A stretch of 64,000 nt of DNA from Leucoraja ocellata (lineage: Eukaryota). A program made the translations under genes and the position numbers. This document shows, one piece after another, positions 52,346-64,000 of this stretch. Numbering within the stretch: the first letter of the stretch is position 1; each line of letters opens with the position of its first letter. The notes beneath the pieces are model-generated. The model was not told where the DNA came from and searched no databases. It saw only the letters and a program-made list of their open reading frames with translations. Location: positions 372,001-436,000 of the forward strand of contig JAWMAR010000267.1 in the NCBI GenBank assembly GCA_036785375.1. The letters are read 5' to 3'.

Positions 52346-53848
52346 CAGCCCTCCAAAAAGTAACTGCACTCCTTGCATTTATTGCACTGCATGAAGAAAA
52401 ATATTCCAGACATCTTAAACATGTCACTTTCTAGTCTAACTAGAACATCCTTGCTCTAAACTCTCCGTGTAAAGTGAAGCCATTGTTTCACATTTATATA
52501 TGTATATTTAATTATTATACAGTACACTCCTTCTACTCCCATCTCAAATGTCTTTCTGGGTTCAGTCTTTCAATTTAATGTTATAGTCCAGTCTTTATGT
52601 ACATTGGTGGTTCTCCAACAAGCCTGAGAAAAAGCAGCTGTAACATTTTTTCCAATCCTGATCCACTATTCAAATAACAACATTGCTAAATCTTCTACAT
52701 CATCTCCACTTGCCATTCCTGTCGCTATATCCCTTGATACCCTCATGCAACGGCAGGTGAACTCTCCTAGGGCTATTAAATTCACAATAAAGTCAAGCAT
52801 CAAGCATTAAAAGAGTCAGTTGGAGTTTTGAAAAGTAATTTCTCAAATTAGAAGAGAATTATCAGAAGAACAAGGCAGAAATTCCCAGAGATATATTTTT
52901 TGCTTTACAACCATAGCGATTCAACATCTAAAGCATGAAGCATGGCCGTGCATTTTCTTTGTAGCTGAACAAATAGGGGAATATATACCTCATGTAAAAC
53001 TGCACATGCAAAAAAAAAGTTGAATCCATGTTTAATTCAGAAACTAAGATGCAATTGGTTAAGTGTTCTTAATAGACATTTCGCAGCATATTGGAAAGGA
53101 ATTACGACTTTATTAAAGAAAATTAGGAAAAGTAATATTTAAGCTCTTATTCAAGAATTATCCAGAATATTGTTATTTATTTTTGTACATCAGTTTTGAA
53201 TCAATATCTATTTGTAATTAAGTCTGCTCCATCTAAAAGAGAACATCTCATACTCGACTTTGTAATTTCTTCTGCATCCTACAACTTGTCAGCCAGACTC
53301 TTATATCTCTTACTTTAATATGATGTTTTCCTATGACTTTCCCATGCATTTTCTGTATCTAGGAACATGCTGGAGATCATGTAGAGCCGTGGGCTAGCCG
53401 ACAGAACAATATGCAAACCCACTCTAATTTATTTCAGTTTTGTGTTAAATGATTATTCAACAAAATATTTAATTTCATAAATAATGTATTGCTTGTAATG
53501 CTCTTTGTATTATGTTGTGGATATGAAGAGCGTTCTGTAAATTCATTTTGATTCTTTCCATTTTATAACTTCTTAACTTGAAAGTTTGCCATTAACTGAA
53601 GATATATTGGCTAGATGTTGGGAATAATCAGATTTTGACTATAGCCGGACCAAGCGAATTAAAATGAAATAGAAGCTGCACAACAATGTCCAAGTAACCA
53701 GTTGCCAGATTTAAGGATTAATTCAAATTTCATAGTTCACAATAATAATTTACTTTGGCTGGAAATGTATTAAATTAATTGCCAAGATAATGTGAATAAG
53801 AAAATAATATTCCTAACTGGTTTAGTGCTTCATTGACATATGGAAAAG

Positions 53849-54360
53849 TAGAAACATAGAAAATAGGTGCAGGAGTAGACCATTCGGCCCTTCGAGCCTG
53901 CACCGCCATTCAATATGATCATGGCTGATCATCCCTCAGTATCCTGTACCTGCCTTCTCTCCATACCCCCTGATCCCTTTAGCCACAAGGGTCACCTCTT
54001 AAATATAGCCAATGAACTGGCCTCAACTACCTTCTGTGGCAGAGAATTCCAGTTATTCACCACTCTGTGTAAAAAATGATCTTCTCATCTCAGTCCTAAA
54101 AGACTTCCCCCTTATGGAGTAAGCCATTTAGAATGGAGACGAGAAAACACTTTTTCTCACAGAGTGGTGAGTGTGGAATTCTCTGCCTCAGAGGGCGGTG
54201 GAGCCAGGTTCTCTGGATGCATTCAAGAGAGAGCTAGATAGGGCTCTTAAAAATAGCAGAGTCAGGGGATATGGGGAGAAGGCAGGAACGGGGTACTGAT
54301 TGGGGATGATCAGCCATGATCATATTGAATGGCGGTGCTGGCTTGAATATCTATTATCTA
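53849..54360. mobile_element. Two CR1 3' ends joined head-to-head (minus 53849-54113, plus 54113-54360)
   Basis: Mutually inverted CR1 3' UTR sequence with tails pointing outward. A further minus fragment lies at 54550-54675. Confidence 0.85.
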
Positions 54361-54999
54361 TTATTGTCGACCACTTGGTATCTCCACAGTATCTGGTCTC
54401 TTGGTTGCAACAGGACTACCCCATTGCTGGACCATTCTGGTTAGTGTCAGAAAAGGTTTTCAAATAGATTTTCATGGTGCACCATAATCAATGTGTGAAA
54501 ATAAAGATATAATAGATTAAATATAATTACGAATCATCTTGCTGACACATGGCTGATCATCCAACTCAGTATCCTGTACCTGTCCTCTCCATAACCCCTG
54601 ATCCCTTTAGCCACAAGGGCCACATCTAACTCCCTCTTAAATATAGCCAATGAACTGGCCTCAACTACCTTCTGTGAAATCATATTTTTGATTTGGTCAT
54701 AAAATTTATATTTAAAATAAATAGATAGCAATAAGCTGGATAGGTAAGAAAGAAAAATCCTCACAGAAACTTATTTCTAACTTGCATTACACTTGCAATC
54801 GAATTTATTTGAAAGGGAACAAGAAGGTAAGCAGTGGGGAGAAATATATGATATGATCTCAAGAACACAGTTATAAGCCCCATGAAAAAAAACATTTTAC
54901 TTATTCAATCAAAGAAACCCAACTGGTTCTAATTGCAACAGAGAGTGAGATGAAGAAAGTAACGTGTGCAAAACAAATAATTTGTTCTTTGGAAGAAAG

Positions 55000-56380
55000 A
55001 AAGTAATGGGAAACACAGAAATGGCAGATAAACTGAATACATTTTTTGTGTCAGTCTTCACAGTGGAACAAAGCATCCTTAAAAGATTGAAAAAATATTT
55101 ATTGTAATCCAGTGCCAACTTGCATTTCTTCTGGAAATAGAAAAGGCATATAAAAATGGTAATGTTGCAGTGGTCAAGGGAGATTTCAATGTGCAAGTCG
55201 ACTGGGAAATTTAGGTTGGCACTGGATTCCAAGAGAAGGAATTTTTAAAGTGCCTATGGGATGGCTTCTTGGAGCAGCTTGTGGTCCAGCTCACTAGGGA
55301 AAATGCAATTATGGATTTGGTGTTGTGTAATAAACCAGACTGTTTATAGAGCTTAAGGTGAAGGAACCCGTAGGCAGTAGTGATCACAATATGATAGAGC
55401 TTGACTCAGGTTTGAGAGTGAGATGCTGAAATTGGATGTATCAGCATAACTGTTGAGTAAAGGTAGCTACAGACGCATAAGGGGGGAACTGGCTAAAGTT
55501 GATTGTAAGGGAATCCTAACAGGAATGATGGGGGAGCAGCAATGGCAGGAGTTTCTGGGAGTAATTTGGAAGATGCAAGATCTTATCATCCCAAAGAGGA
55601 AGAAACATGCTGCATACTAAGAAGAGAATGAAGCTAAGGTGGCTGACAAAGGGAGTCAAAGACTGCCTAAAAACAAAAGAGAAGGTCTATTATACGCCAA
55701 TAAATAGCAGGAAGCTACAAGATTGAGAATATTTTAGAAACAACCAGAAAGCAACTAAAAAAGTATAACGATGAAATATGGTAAGCTAGCCAAAAATATA
55801 AACGAGGATACATAAAGACTAAAAGAGAGCGAAGAGTGGACATTGGACCACTGCAAAGTGAAGCTGGAGAAGTAGCATTGATGACGGTGATGATGATAAT
55901 ACTTTGCTGTAACGTGTACCTATATACCTAGGTACATTCAAATTCTTTGTTTTGAATACAATCCAATAAAGTCATACTATAGATAAGCACAGTATGATTT
56001 TACTGGATCGTATGCAAAACAAATAATTTGATTTTTGCAGCAAAGAAAGTAATGGGGAACAAGGAAATGGCAGATAAACTGAATACACTGAATTCACAGT
56101 GGAAGACACCAGCAACACACTAGAAATTCAATAGGGTCAGGGGGCAAAAGTGAATGCAGTCACTATTACTGAGGAGAAGGTGTTTGAGAAGCTGATCGGT
56201 CTGAAGGTGAATAAATCATCTGGACCAGATGGTGTACACACCAGGGTTCTGAAACAGGTGGCTGTAGAGATTGTGAAGACATTATTAGTGATCTTTCACT
56301 AGAGTCAGTAATGCTCCAGAGGACTGGAAAACCACAAATGTTTAAGAAGGGGGCGAGGCAAAAGGATATTATAGGCCAGA
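55000..56380 (+). mobile_element. Degenerate CR1 ORF2 (endonuclease-linker region), interrupted at about 55895-56035
   Basis: GDFN, PTR..AIMDLVLCN, GSSDHNMI and KSSGPDGVHTRVLK-like remnants. Confidence 0.8.
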
Positions 56381-56421
56381 TAGTTCCTTTGACACTCTCA
56401 TGCTGTCTCCACCCTTGTTGA

Positions 56422-56628
56422 GGGTGCTGGAGTAATCCAGCGGGTCAGGCAGCATCCCTGGAGAATGTGGATAGGTGACATTCAGGCTGGGACCCTTTTT
56501 CAGATCAAAGAGTGGTCCCAACCCGAAACATCACCCGTCCATGTTCTCCAGCAATGCTGCCTGACCTGCTGAGTCACTCCAGCACTTTGAGTCCTTTTGT
56601 GTAAACCCGCATTTGCAGTTCCTTGTTT
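56422..56628. mobile_element. Inverted pair of Penelope-derived repeats (diverged)
   Basis: Minus copy ending acccttttt-cag followed by a plus copy containing cccgaaacatcacc. Confidence 0.78.
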
Positions 56629-56820
56629 GTTCACTATTGTTGAGGTCAGTTATGTATATTGAGCTGGGTCTTCCCGTCGGCTGTTGAGATGTCCATCACC
56701 ATTCACAATGATATGTGGTGGAATTACAGATCTTTGATCTGTTTCATTGGTTGTGGGATCATTTAGCAATACATCTACAACAGATGGAGACACAAGGAAC
56801 TACATATGCTGGAATCTTGG

Positions 56821-57127
56821 GGGGCACGGTGGCGCAGCGGTAGAGTTGCTGCCTTACAGCGCCAGAGACCCAGGTTCAATCCTGACTACGTGTGCTTGTC
56901 TGTACGGAGTTTGCATGTTCTTCCCATGACCTGCGTCATTTTCCTCTGAGATGTTCGGTTTCCTCCCACACTACAAAGATATACAGGTTTGTAGGTTAAT
57001 TGGCTTGGTATAAATGTAAATTGTCCCTAGCATGTGTAGGATAGTGTTAATGTGTGGGGATCTTTGATCAGTGCAGACTCGGTGAGCCAAAGGGCTTGTT
57101 TCCGCGTTGTATCTCTATAAACTAAAC
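56821..57127 (+). mobile_element. tRNA-derived V-SINE inserted into a Penelope-derived repeat
   Basis: ggggcacggtggcgcagcggtag...ggttcaatcc head and V-domain. The host repeat appears at 56788-56820 and resumes at about 57127-57210. Confidence 0.83.
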
Positions 57128-57620
57128 ACAAAGTGTGGAGTAACTCAACTCAAGTAACTCTCTGGAGGAGATGCTGCCTGGCCCACTAAGTTACTCCAGC
57201 ATATTGTGTTCATCTACAGCAGATGATTGATGAGGACAAGGTTATCATTTTATTCTTGCTTGGTTCATTCACCAATTATTGAAAGACCAATATCACTGTT
57301 GTATCCTTCAGGCTGATCATCTCATTGATAGATGGTGCTACGGTGCATATTGGGTTTGGGTATTGAAATTCTCCATCTGGAGGGCATTTTGTGCCTCAGC
57401 TACTTTCAGAGATTCTTGTAGAGTAGAACTGACTCATCTGCTGAGAGTGAAAACAGTATGTGGCTATTAGGAACTAATTTTTCTGCCATTCTTTCACATG
57501 AAGCCAATAGACTACATTGGTTCCAGAGTAAATGATTAAAAAAACAAAGATCTTTGAAGACTGAACAAATTGAAGGAACTTTTAACCGGGCCAAAGCAAT
57601 TCTTTACTTTATTGACATAT

Positions 57621-57655
<35 letters not shown>

Positions 57656-57715
57656 TTTATTTATATAGCACGTTTTAAGTCAACTCGCATTGACACCAAA
57701 GTGCTTTACATAAGG
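57621..57715 (-). repeat. (AGTA)n microsatellite with an adjacent L2-type 3' tail
   Basis: About 8 AGTA units at 57621-57654, followed by tttatttatatagcac...aagtgctttaca. Confidence 0.7.
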
Positions 57716-59529
57716 TGAAGAGACGGACTGCGGGCAGGCTGCCATACACAGACGGCACCCACTCCTGCACACCCGACATGGAGTACAGAAGGAAAAATGA
57801 TATGCTCACCAAACACAGAGCATTGTGTTCAAACATCAACACCTCAATGTAAAGTCATTAAAGGAGATGCAGATGAGATTTATTTGAATGATACTTGGAA
57901 TCAAAAGGCTTTTGTTACATAAAGAGAAGCTTGTTGGGGCAGATAAGTTTATTGTGAAATTTGATAGATGTGTTCAAAATCATGAAAGAATCTGCTACAG
58001 ACTGACTGTTTTTATTAAAGTTTAAGGGTTACAACACGGAAGAAAGACGAATGAAGAATGCGGAAACAAAATAACAGTGGCTGAAAGAGTAGGTACGGTG
58101 GTTAATGTAATCGTGCACAAGCTTCAGTCATTCGACTCCATCACCAGACTGTCAGAGCCCAGTCAGGGTGGTGTGTGATTTGGATAATCATGTTCCCATG
58201 ATCTTGATCCCTTGGTCTTCTTGGTGGAAGAGTTCACGTTTGGTCTCAGAGTATTTTTGACAAGAAGCTGCAGCGAATTAGAAAGGTGGCACAAATCACA
58301 GCCAGAGTGAGCAATGGTGGATGGAATTAATATTTAGTTTAAAATCCCTCTCCTCAGTCTGCATGCAAAATTAAATCACTTCTTGCTTCCCTGCTTTAAA
58401 TCATCGGCCAATTACTTCCTCAAGTTTGCTGCTACCTTCTGTGAAGAATTATATCACAAATTGAAAATGTGCCCAGTGTAGTGATCCAGGTCTTGAATAT
58501 ACATTCCAAAAAAATGCAATTGTTGCAACTCTAATGCATAGGGAAATGGCTGCATACTTCCTTCTGAAATAGGCTACTCACCATTTTTATATTTTAAGTC
58601 CCTCATCTATAAAAATCTTTCCTGAATGATATGGGCCTCAATTTGATGTCCTTTACTTGAAACTTCAGCAAAAGATCTTTCAAAGCCCCTTTTCATATTT
58701 ATCATATGACATTATCTAAGCTTTTCATTACTTTCCCAAAATTCACTTTGATTATTTAAGCATATTTATCTTCAACATTCAGTTTGGCTTCATTTTTTTA
58801 ACCTATATCTTTTTCTATATTCCAAATCATTTTATTTTAGTTTAAGGTATCTAAACCTTTTCCTACAATCAAGAAGAAATTGAACTTTATGGCCAGAGCC
58901 AAAACAATTTCTCTTTGTACTTTCAGCAGCTTTTGTATCTGTTTTAGCACCTTTGAATAAATCTACCTTACACTGGGAACTTTTTCATTTTGGGCACTAC
59001 AGCCTTTTCCATTATTTCCTCTTTATCCATTTTTATCCTTTCCAATTTCTCAACCATTTCGTCCTTTACGATGACATTGGCAACATCCAATAAAACAGAT
59101 ACAAAATCTGCTCTGCAAATCACTTTCAGGTCACGAATCAAATTATTCAACTGCCCACATTTACATTTATTAAAATGTTTTGGATTTCCAATGATGTAAA
59201 ATTAAGTAAATGACATTTACCTCTGTCTGCCTTTTCATTGTTTACTGCATTTTCAGATTATCCCTGTACATTGTGAATTTAACTTGATTTTCTACTTCAT
59301 TCTGATCCATGCAATTATTTATTTCTCCTCGTAAGATGTATCCATTCTGCATTTGTACCATTCTATTTTTGAAGCCCTGTTTTTCAATGATGATCAATGC
59401 TGATCATTTTTTTTCAGTCCAATTCACCAGGGCCTTATCACTTCTAGACAAACAAAAAATAATTATTTTACAGTAGAGTATATAAGGTGGACATGGAAAA
59501 CACAATTTTAAAATATTGATTTGATTTCT

Positions 59530-59735
59530 CCTCGACATTCCTTTAGCCAGAGGATGGTGAATCTGTGTTTTTGAAGTGGAGATTGATAGGTTCTTAATCA
59601 GCAAGGGCATCAAAAGTTGTGGGGAGAAGGCAGGAGAATGGGGTTGAGTGGGAAAAATAGATCATCCATGATCAAATGGTGGAGCTGACCTGATGGGCTG
59701 AATGACCTAAATCTGCTCTTAAATCTTATGGTCTA
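59530..59735 (+). mobile_element. CR1 LINE 3' end
   Basis: gattgataggttcttaatcagcaagggcatcaaaagttgtggggagaaggcaggagaatgg. Confidence 0.8.
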
Positions 59736-60694
59736 AATAAAGACTCTAAACCTGCTGTGGTCGTTGTTTCCCAAATTCTTCCTCCACCAACCGAACACTC
59801 TTCATTCTATAGCACCAAGTCTCGTACTTCCTTTACCATTACATTGGCAGCAATGCTATACACACTGCTAAACATACTAATCAAGAAGGCTTGCATTAAT
59901 TTCAACAACTATTCACCCCTTTCCTCTTATATTTTTAGTTTCCCCAAGTATGTTTGAATAAATCAAATCTCCCATTATTACACTCTAATTCATTTGCTTC
60001 ATTCAGCAATCTGTCTGAAACTGTCTTTCCTCAGTTTTCTTTACTTGAGGGCCTAGAATTTTGTGAGGAAAATATAATGGCTCCACTTTTGTTCCGACCG
60101 AATAGATTCTGTTTTTAAACCAAAGTGCATCACCCATTTTTTTGTGGTGTGATATTTCATCAATACCATCATCGCTTCTTTTCTTCTCCCCTCTTTTCTG
60201 AATATATTGTTACTATTTTTATGACCTTTTTTTCCCCCTTTATTTAAGCTGGATTGTTATTTGAGCCTGCTGCTCACCAAATGTATTTACCATGTGCTAT
60301 ACATTTACACATGTGCACTCCAGTCTTTTCGTCAGTATCATATTTTGCTGCTTGTTGACCCAGGTACAGAGTCCATGGTATCACTGAAAGGAAAATGAAA
60401 TACTTGAACTATGTACAAAAAGCAGGGAGTGGCATTAGTCTTAGACTGCATCCAATTTGAGCTGACCTTGGCACAATTTAAGACTTTTCAGAAAAATTTA
60501 TATTTGAGAATAAATTGACTCAGAACTAGGAAGTAAATTGAGGTGTTGCAAAGGTTTCCCACAGGTCCTCTCAAATTTAATTGCAATATAAACGATCTCA
60601 AGGTGTTTCCCACTTGATCGGCAGCCAATTCACAGGCTGTCTGCCCGAGGGGTAGAAATAGGCTGGGAAGCAGGTAGGCCAGACAGTGCATGTT

Positions 60695-60933
60695 GGGGGG
60701 GGGGATGTCGGATGGGGGGGGTGTCGGATGGGGGGGATGTCAGACGGCGGGGGGATGTCGGATGGGGGCTGGGGGGCTGGGGGGATGGGGGGATGTCGGA
60801 TGGGGGGATGTCGGATGGGGGATGGGGGGATGTCGGATGGGGGATGGGGGGATGGGGGGATGTCGGATGGGGGGATGTCGGATGGGGGGGGATGTCGGAT
60901 GGGGGGGGGATGTCGGATGGGGGGATGTCGGAT
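60695..60933 (+). repeat. G-rich minisatellite (G5-9 ATGTCGGAT)n
   Basis: About ten ATGTCGGAT-like cores separated by G runs. Confidence 0.92.
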
Positions 60934-62184
60934 GGTGGTGGCAGGGTTACTGTGAGGACATCACTAGCAAGATTTGTTATCACTATTAAGTGGAATGGTG
61001 GCTGGAGAGGTTGATTACCATAAATGGGAGTGTCCATCTTTCAATCACTGCGGGAGACAGAGAGCCAGTGAGAACATCAGGTGAGTGAAAGGATGGTCAG
61101 TCATGAAGTGTATAAAAAGGAAATTTGGACATGAGACAGAGGATTTTACATCTCCTCCCAGTCCATAAGCTTTGCAGTATGACATTTACCTTGATCTAGC
61201 TCCTTGTGTGCCTTCATTTTATCGAGGATGAGAGATCTCAGCTAATTCCAATGAATAAATAAAGCACTAGTTAAGGTGTGTTGGTGTTAAGCTTTTCTTT
61301 TACATTTAAACCCCAACCCATTCATCTGCATTCATCTCCACTACCACTGGATTTTAAAATTACCTTCACGATTATCAAAGTCCCAAGTGTGGCTGTACTG
61401 ATGATGGAGAGTCAAAATTGTTCTAGTAAATTTCAGCATAAGTAATTTAACTTGTTTCCAATGCAGTACATTACAATGCAGGGTCTCTTGCTGTGTCTTG
61501 ATCTGAAGAACCGTCCATCCATCTCCCTTCACAGAGTGCTGCTTGACTTGCTTAGTTTGGCCAGTAGAGATTTTCTGCTCCAGACTCCAGCATCTACAAT
61601 CTCTTGGGTCTCCCTGGCACATTACAATGTGGTGTGCCAAGTGTTTCTGGGTAAATTGCAGTAAACAGAATTTGCTAAGTGCTGTGGTCCCATTGTCAGG
61701 GCAGGTCTTGAAAGTTCCGGATGATTATATTGAATGGCGGTGCTGGCTCGAAGGGCCGAATGGCCTACTCCTGCACCTACTTTCTATGTTTCTATGAGCT
61801 GGTACTGTTGTGTTTGAGGATGTTAATGAACCCCAAACCGTGGCAATTGAAAACCTTTCAGCAAATAAAGGTTTAATTAGGATCATGCTTGAATCAAGAT
61901 CTCTCAATAAAGGAATGTGAGTGGAACTGCCTGTTGGAATATTATACTTGGAGTGATGATGTGTTTATCTGGGCTCCATTGTTACTCAGCACACTGTTCG
62001 TTTTATACATTGAAAGGAGATATCAGGATTTTCTTAAAACCGTTCCTGCTTACACAGACCTGGCAGACTGGTTGAAAAAGTGATAGCTCGCAGGATCCAA
62101 GGAAGAGTGGCTCCAAATTGGATCCAAATTTGGTTTTAATGGAGGAAAAGCTAAGGGTGAATGTTGATAGGAAGGAAATTGCAA

Positions 62185-62860
62185 CGTTAGCATTTATTTA
62201 AAGACACAAGTAAAAAAAATAAGGATGTAATGCAGAGGCTTTATTAGGCACTGGTCAGACCACATTTGCAGTATTGTGAGCAGTTTTGCGCCCCGTATCT
62301 GAAGATGGATGTGCTGGCGTTAGAGAACGTCCAAAGGAGGTTTACGAGAATGATTCCGGGATGATTGGGTATTGTCTCACCTCTCCCTTTTGGCAAAAGA
62401 TACAAAAGCATGAAAGCATGTGCCACCAAACTCAGGACAAGCTTCTTCTCCACTGTTATCACATTACTAAACAGTCATCCCATGAGATTGACGGGACACC
62501 TAATAGAAGTGTATAAAATTATGGGAGGCATAGATAGGGCAGACAGTCAGAACCTTTCTCCCAGGGAGGAAATGTCAAAAACTACAGGGCATAATTTTAA
62601 GGTATGAGAGGTAAAGTTTAAAGGAAATTTGTGGGGCAAGTGGTTTACACAGAGGGTGCTGGATGCCTAGAACATGCTGCCAAGGGTGGTATTGGACCGA
62701 TACAATGTTGTGGCGTTTAAGAGCTTTTATATAGGCACATGGAATGCAGGGACTGCAGGTGATATGGATACAAGCAGATAAGATTAGATTATCTTGACAT
62801 CACGTTCAGCGCAGATGTTATGGGCAAAAGGACCTGTTCCTGTGCCGTACTGTCTATGGC
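62185..62860 (+). mobile_element. CR1 fragments with an embedded Rex1-like piece (about 62370-62480)
   Basis: [13 protein letters not shown], then SPLPFGKRYKSMKACATKLRTSFFSTVITLLN, then RLTGHLIEVYKIMGGIDR. Confidence 0.8.
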
Positions 62861-63667
62861 AACCACAGTAACTTTCTCCATGTTGGCAAAACCTGACTCT
62901 TTGGGCGTACACTGCAAACACTTTGTAAGTTACACCAATGAAATTGCTACAACCTGCCTGCTTTTAAATGCTCCCATGTTGCTCTCTATTCCTCCAGCAT
63001 GTTGCTTTCCTCTTTGGCTCACTCTAGCAGGAATTGGCCAATTGCGGCTGTACTGCTATTTGGGCAGCTCTGTATTGTAGCCTGCTCTTATTGCATCAAT
63101 GCATTGCACTGTCTTTCCAAAAATCCGTCGACTTCAATAAATAATGGGCTAAGAAATTACATTGTGCATTTCATGCTAGACTGAGGATGAATTTAAAGGC
63201 AAATTTTTGAAATATTACTTGAAGGATTAGCATTGGCCACTGAAGATAAAAGTCTTGCTATTTCAAAAAAAAAATGTCATGGGCTCATTTGAGAGACCAG
63301 ATTGACTCCAAAATTACAGCTGTCCCTCAGTACTTCACTGGTGTGAAAGCATAGGCATTTGTGCTCAAGCGAGAATGTGTGTGAGAATAGAACCCACAAT
63401 ATTCAGGCTAGGTATGAAAATATTTCTATGAAAGGCTCATGAAGCCAAAGATCATGCAAATACACAGTCACACCTCATAGCCACACCTGTTACTGTATAT
63501 GTGCACATCTATGAATTTGATACAATGCCCAAAGACCCACCCACATCAAGCACAAACCAAACTACATATTCCAAAATATATATTTAGGTTATCCTGCAGA
63601 TGAAGAAGTAGTATAAATAGCAAGAATCAATTACAGATTCCATTGACTTGGTTGGGCAATCAGAAGC

Positions 63668-64000
63668 AACAATAGACAATAGGTGCAGGGGTAGGCCATT
63701 TGGCCCTTCGAGCCAGCACCGCCATTCAATGTGATCATGGCTGATCATCCCCAATCAGTACCCCATTCATGCCTTCTCCCCATATCCTCTGACTCTGCTA
63801 TTTTTAAGAGCCCTATCTAGCTCGCTCTTGAAAGCATCCAGAGAACCTGCCTCCACCGTCCTCTGAGGCAGAGAATTCCACAGACTCACCACTCTCTGTG
63901 AGAAAAAGTGTTTCCTCGTCTCCGTTCTAAATGGCTTACTCCTTATTCTTAAACTGTGATCCCTGGTTTTGGACTCCCCCAACATCGGGAACATGTTTCC
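63668..64000 (-). mobile_element. Young CR1 LINE 3' fragment, running off the window end
   Basis: MFPMLGESKTRDHSLRIRSKPFRTETRKHFFSQRVVSLWNSLPQ. Confidence 0.92.

Noticed and set aside
56821-56890. tRNA gene (also heads at 23286 and 39952)
   Set aside because: tRNA-like heads continue into SINE body and LINE-type tail, with no convincing cloverleaf.
60630-61037. ORFs with PPSDI / GGMSD repeats
   Set aside because: Translations of a stop-free minisatellite, open in several frames at once.
36700-64000. A second host gene downstream of PRRX1
   Set aside because: Every ORF with recognisable motifs is retroelement-derived. Small isolated exons of a neighbouring gene cannot be excluded by eye.

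Overview
Vertebrate nuclear DNA, inferred to be a cartilaginous fish (probably skate/ray) from its repeat families. The only host protein-coding gene I can support is PRRX1 on the + strand: four coding exons (9002-9251, 13513-13688, 18614-18789, 35770-35908), all GT-AG and in phase, splicing to 741 nt / 246 aa with a Q50 paired-like homeodomain and a C-terminal OAR motif. The rest is regulatory sequence, intron and retroelement debris: many CR1 LINE fragments, Rex1/L2-type tails, tRNA-derived V-SINEs, probable Deu-type SINEs, a foldback MITE with a 9-10 bp target duplication, and a Penelope-like element (RT plus GIY-YIG). The most interesting signal is a family of about 20 short dispersed repeats, several of which carry a minimal hammerhead ribozyme core (CTGAAGA-A-GGGT-CTCG-ACCC-GAAAC-GTC). 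The same module ends the Penelope-like element. Copies often form inverted pairs inside one target duplication, and they sit in opposite orientations around the PRRX1 homeobox exons. Hammerheads in Penelope-like elements are known, so any novelty lies in this family and its arrangement, and needs database and experimental checks. Repeat boundaries are approximate and family names come from motif recall, not a search.
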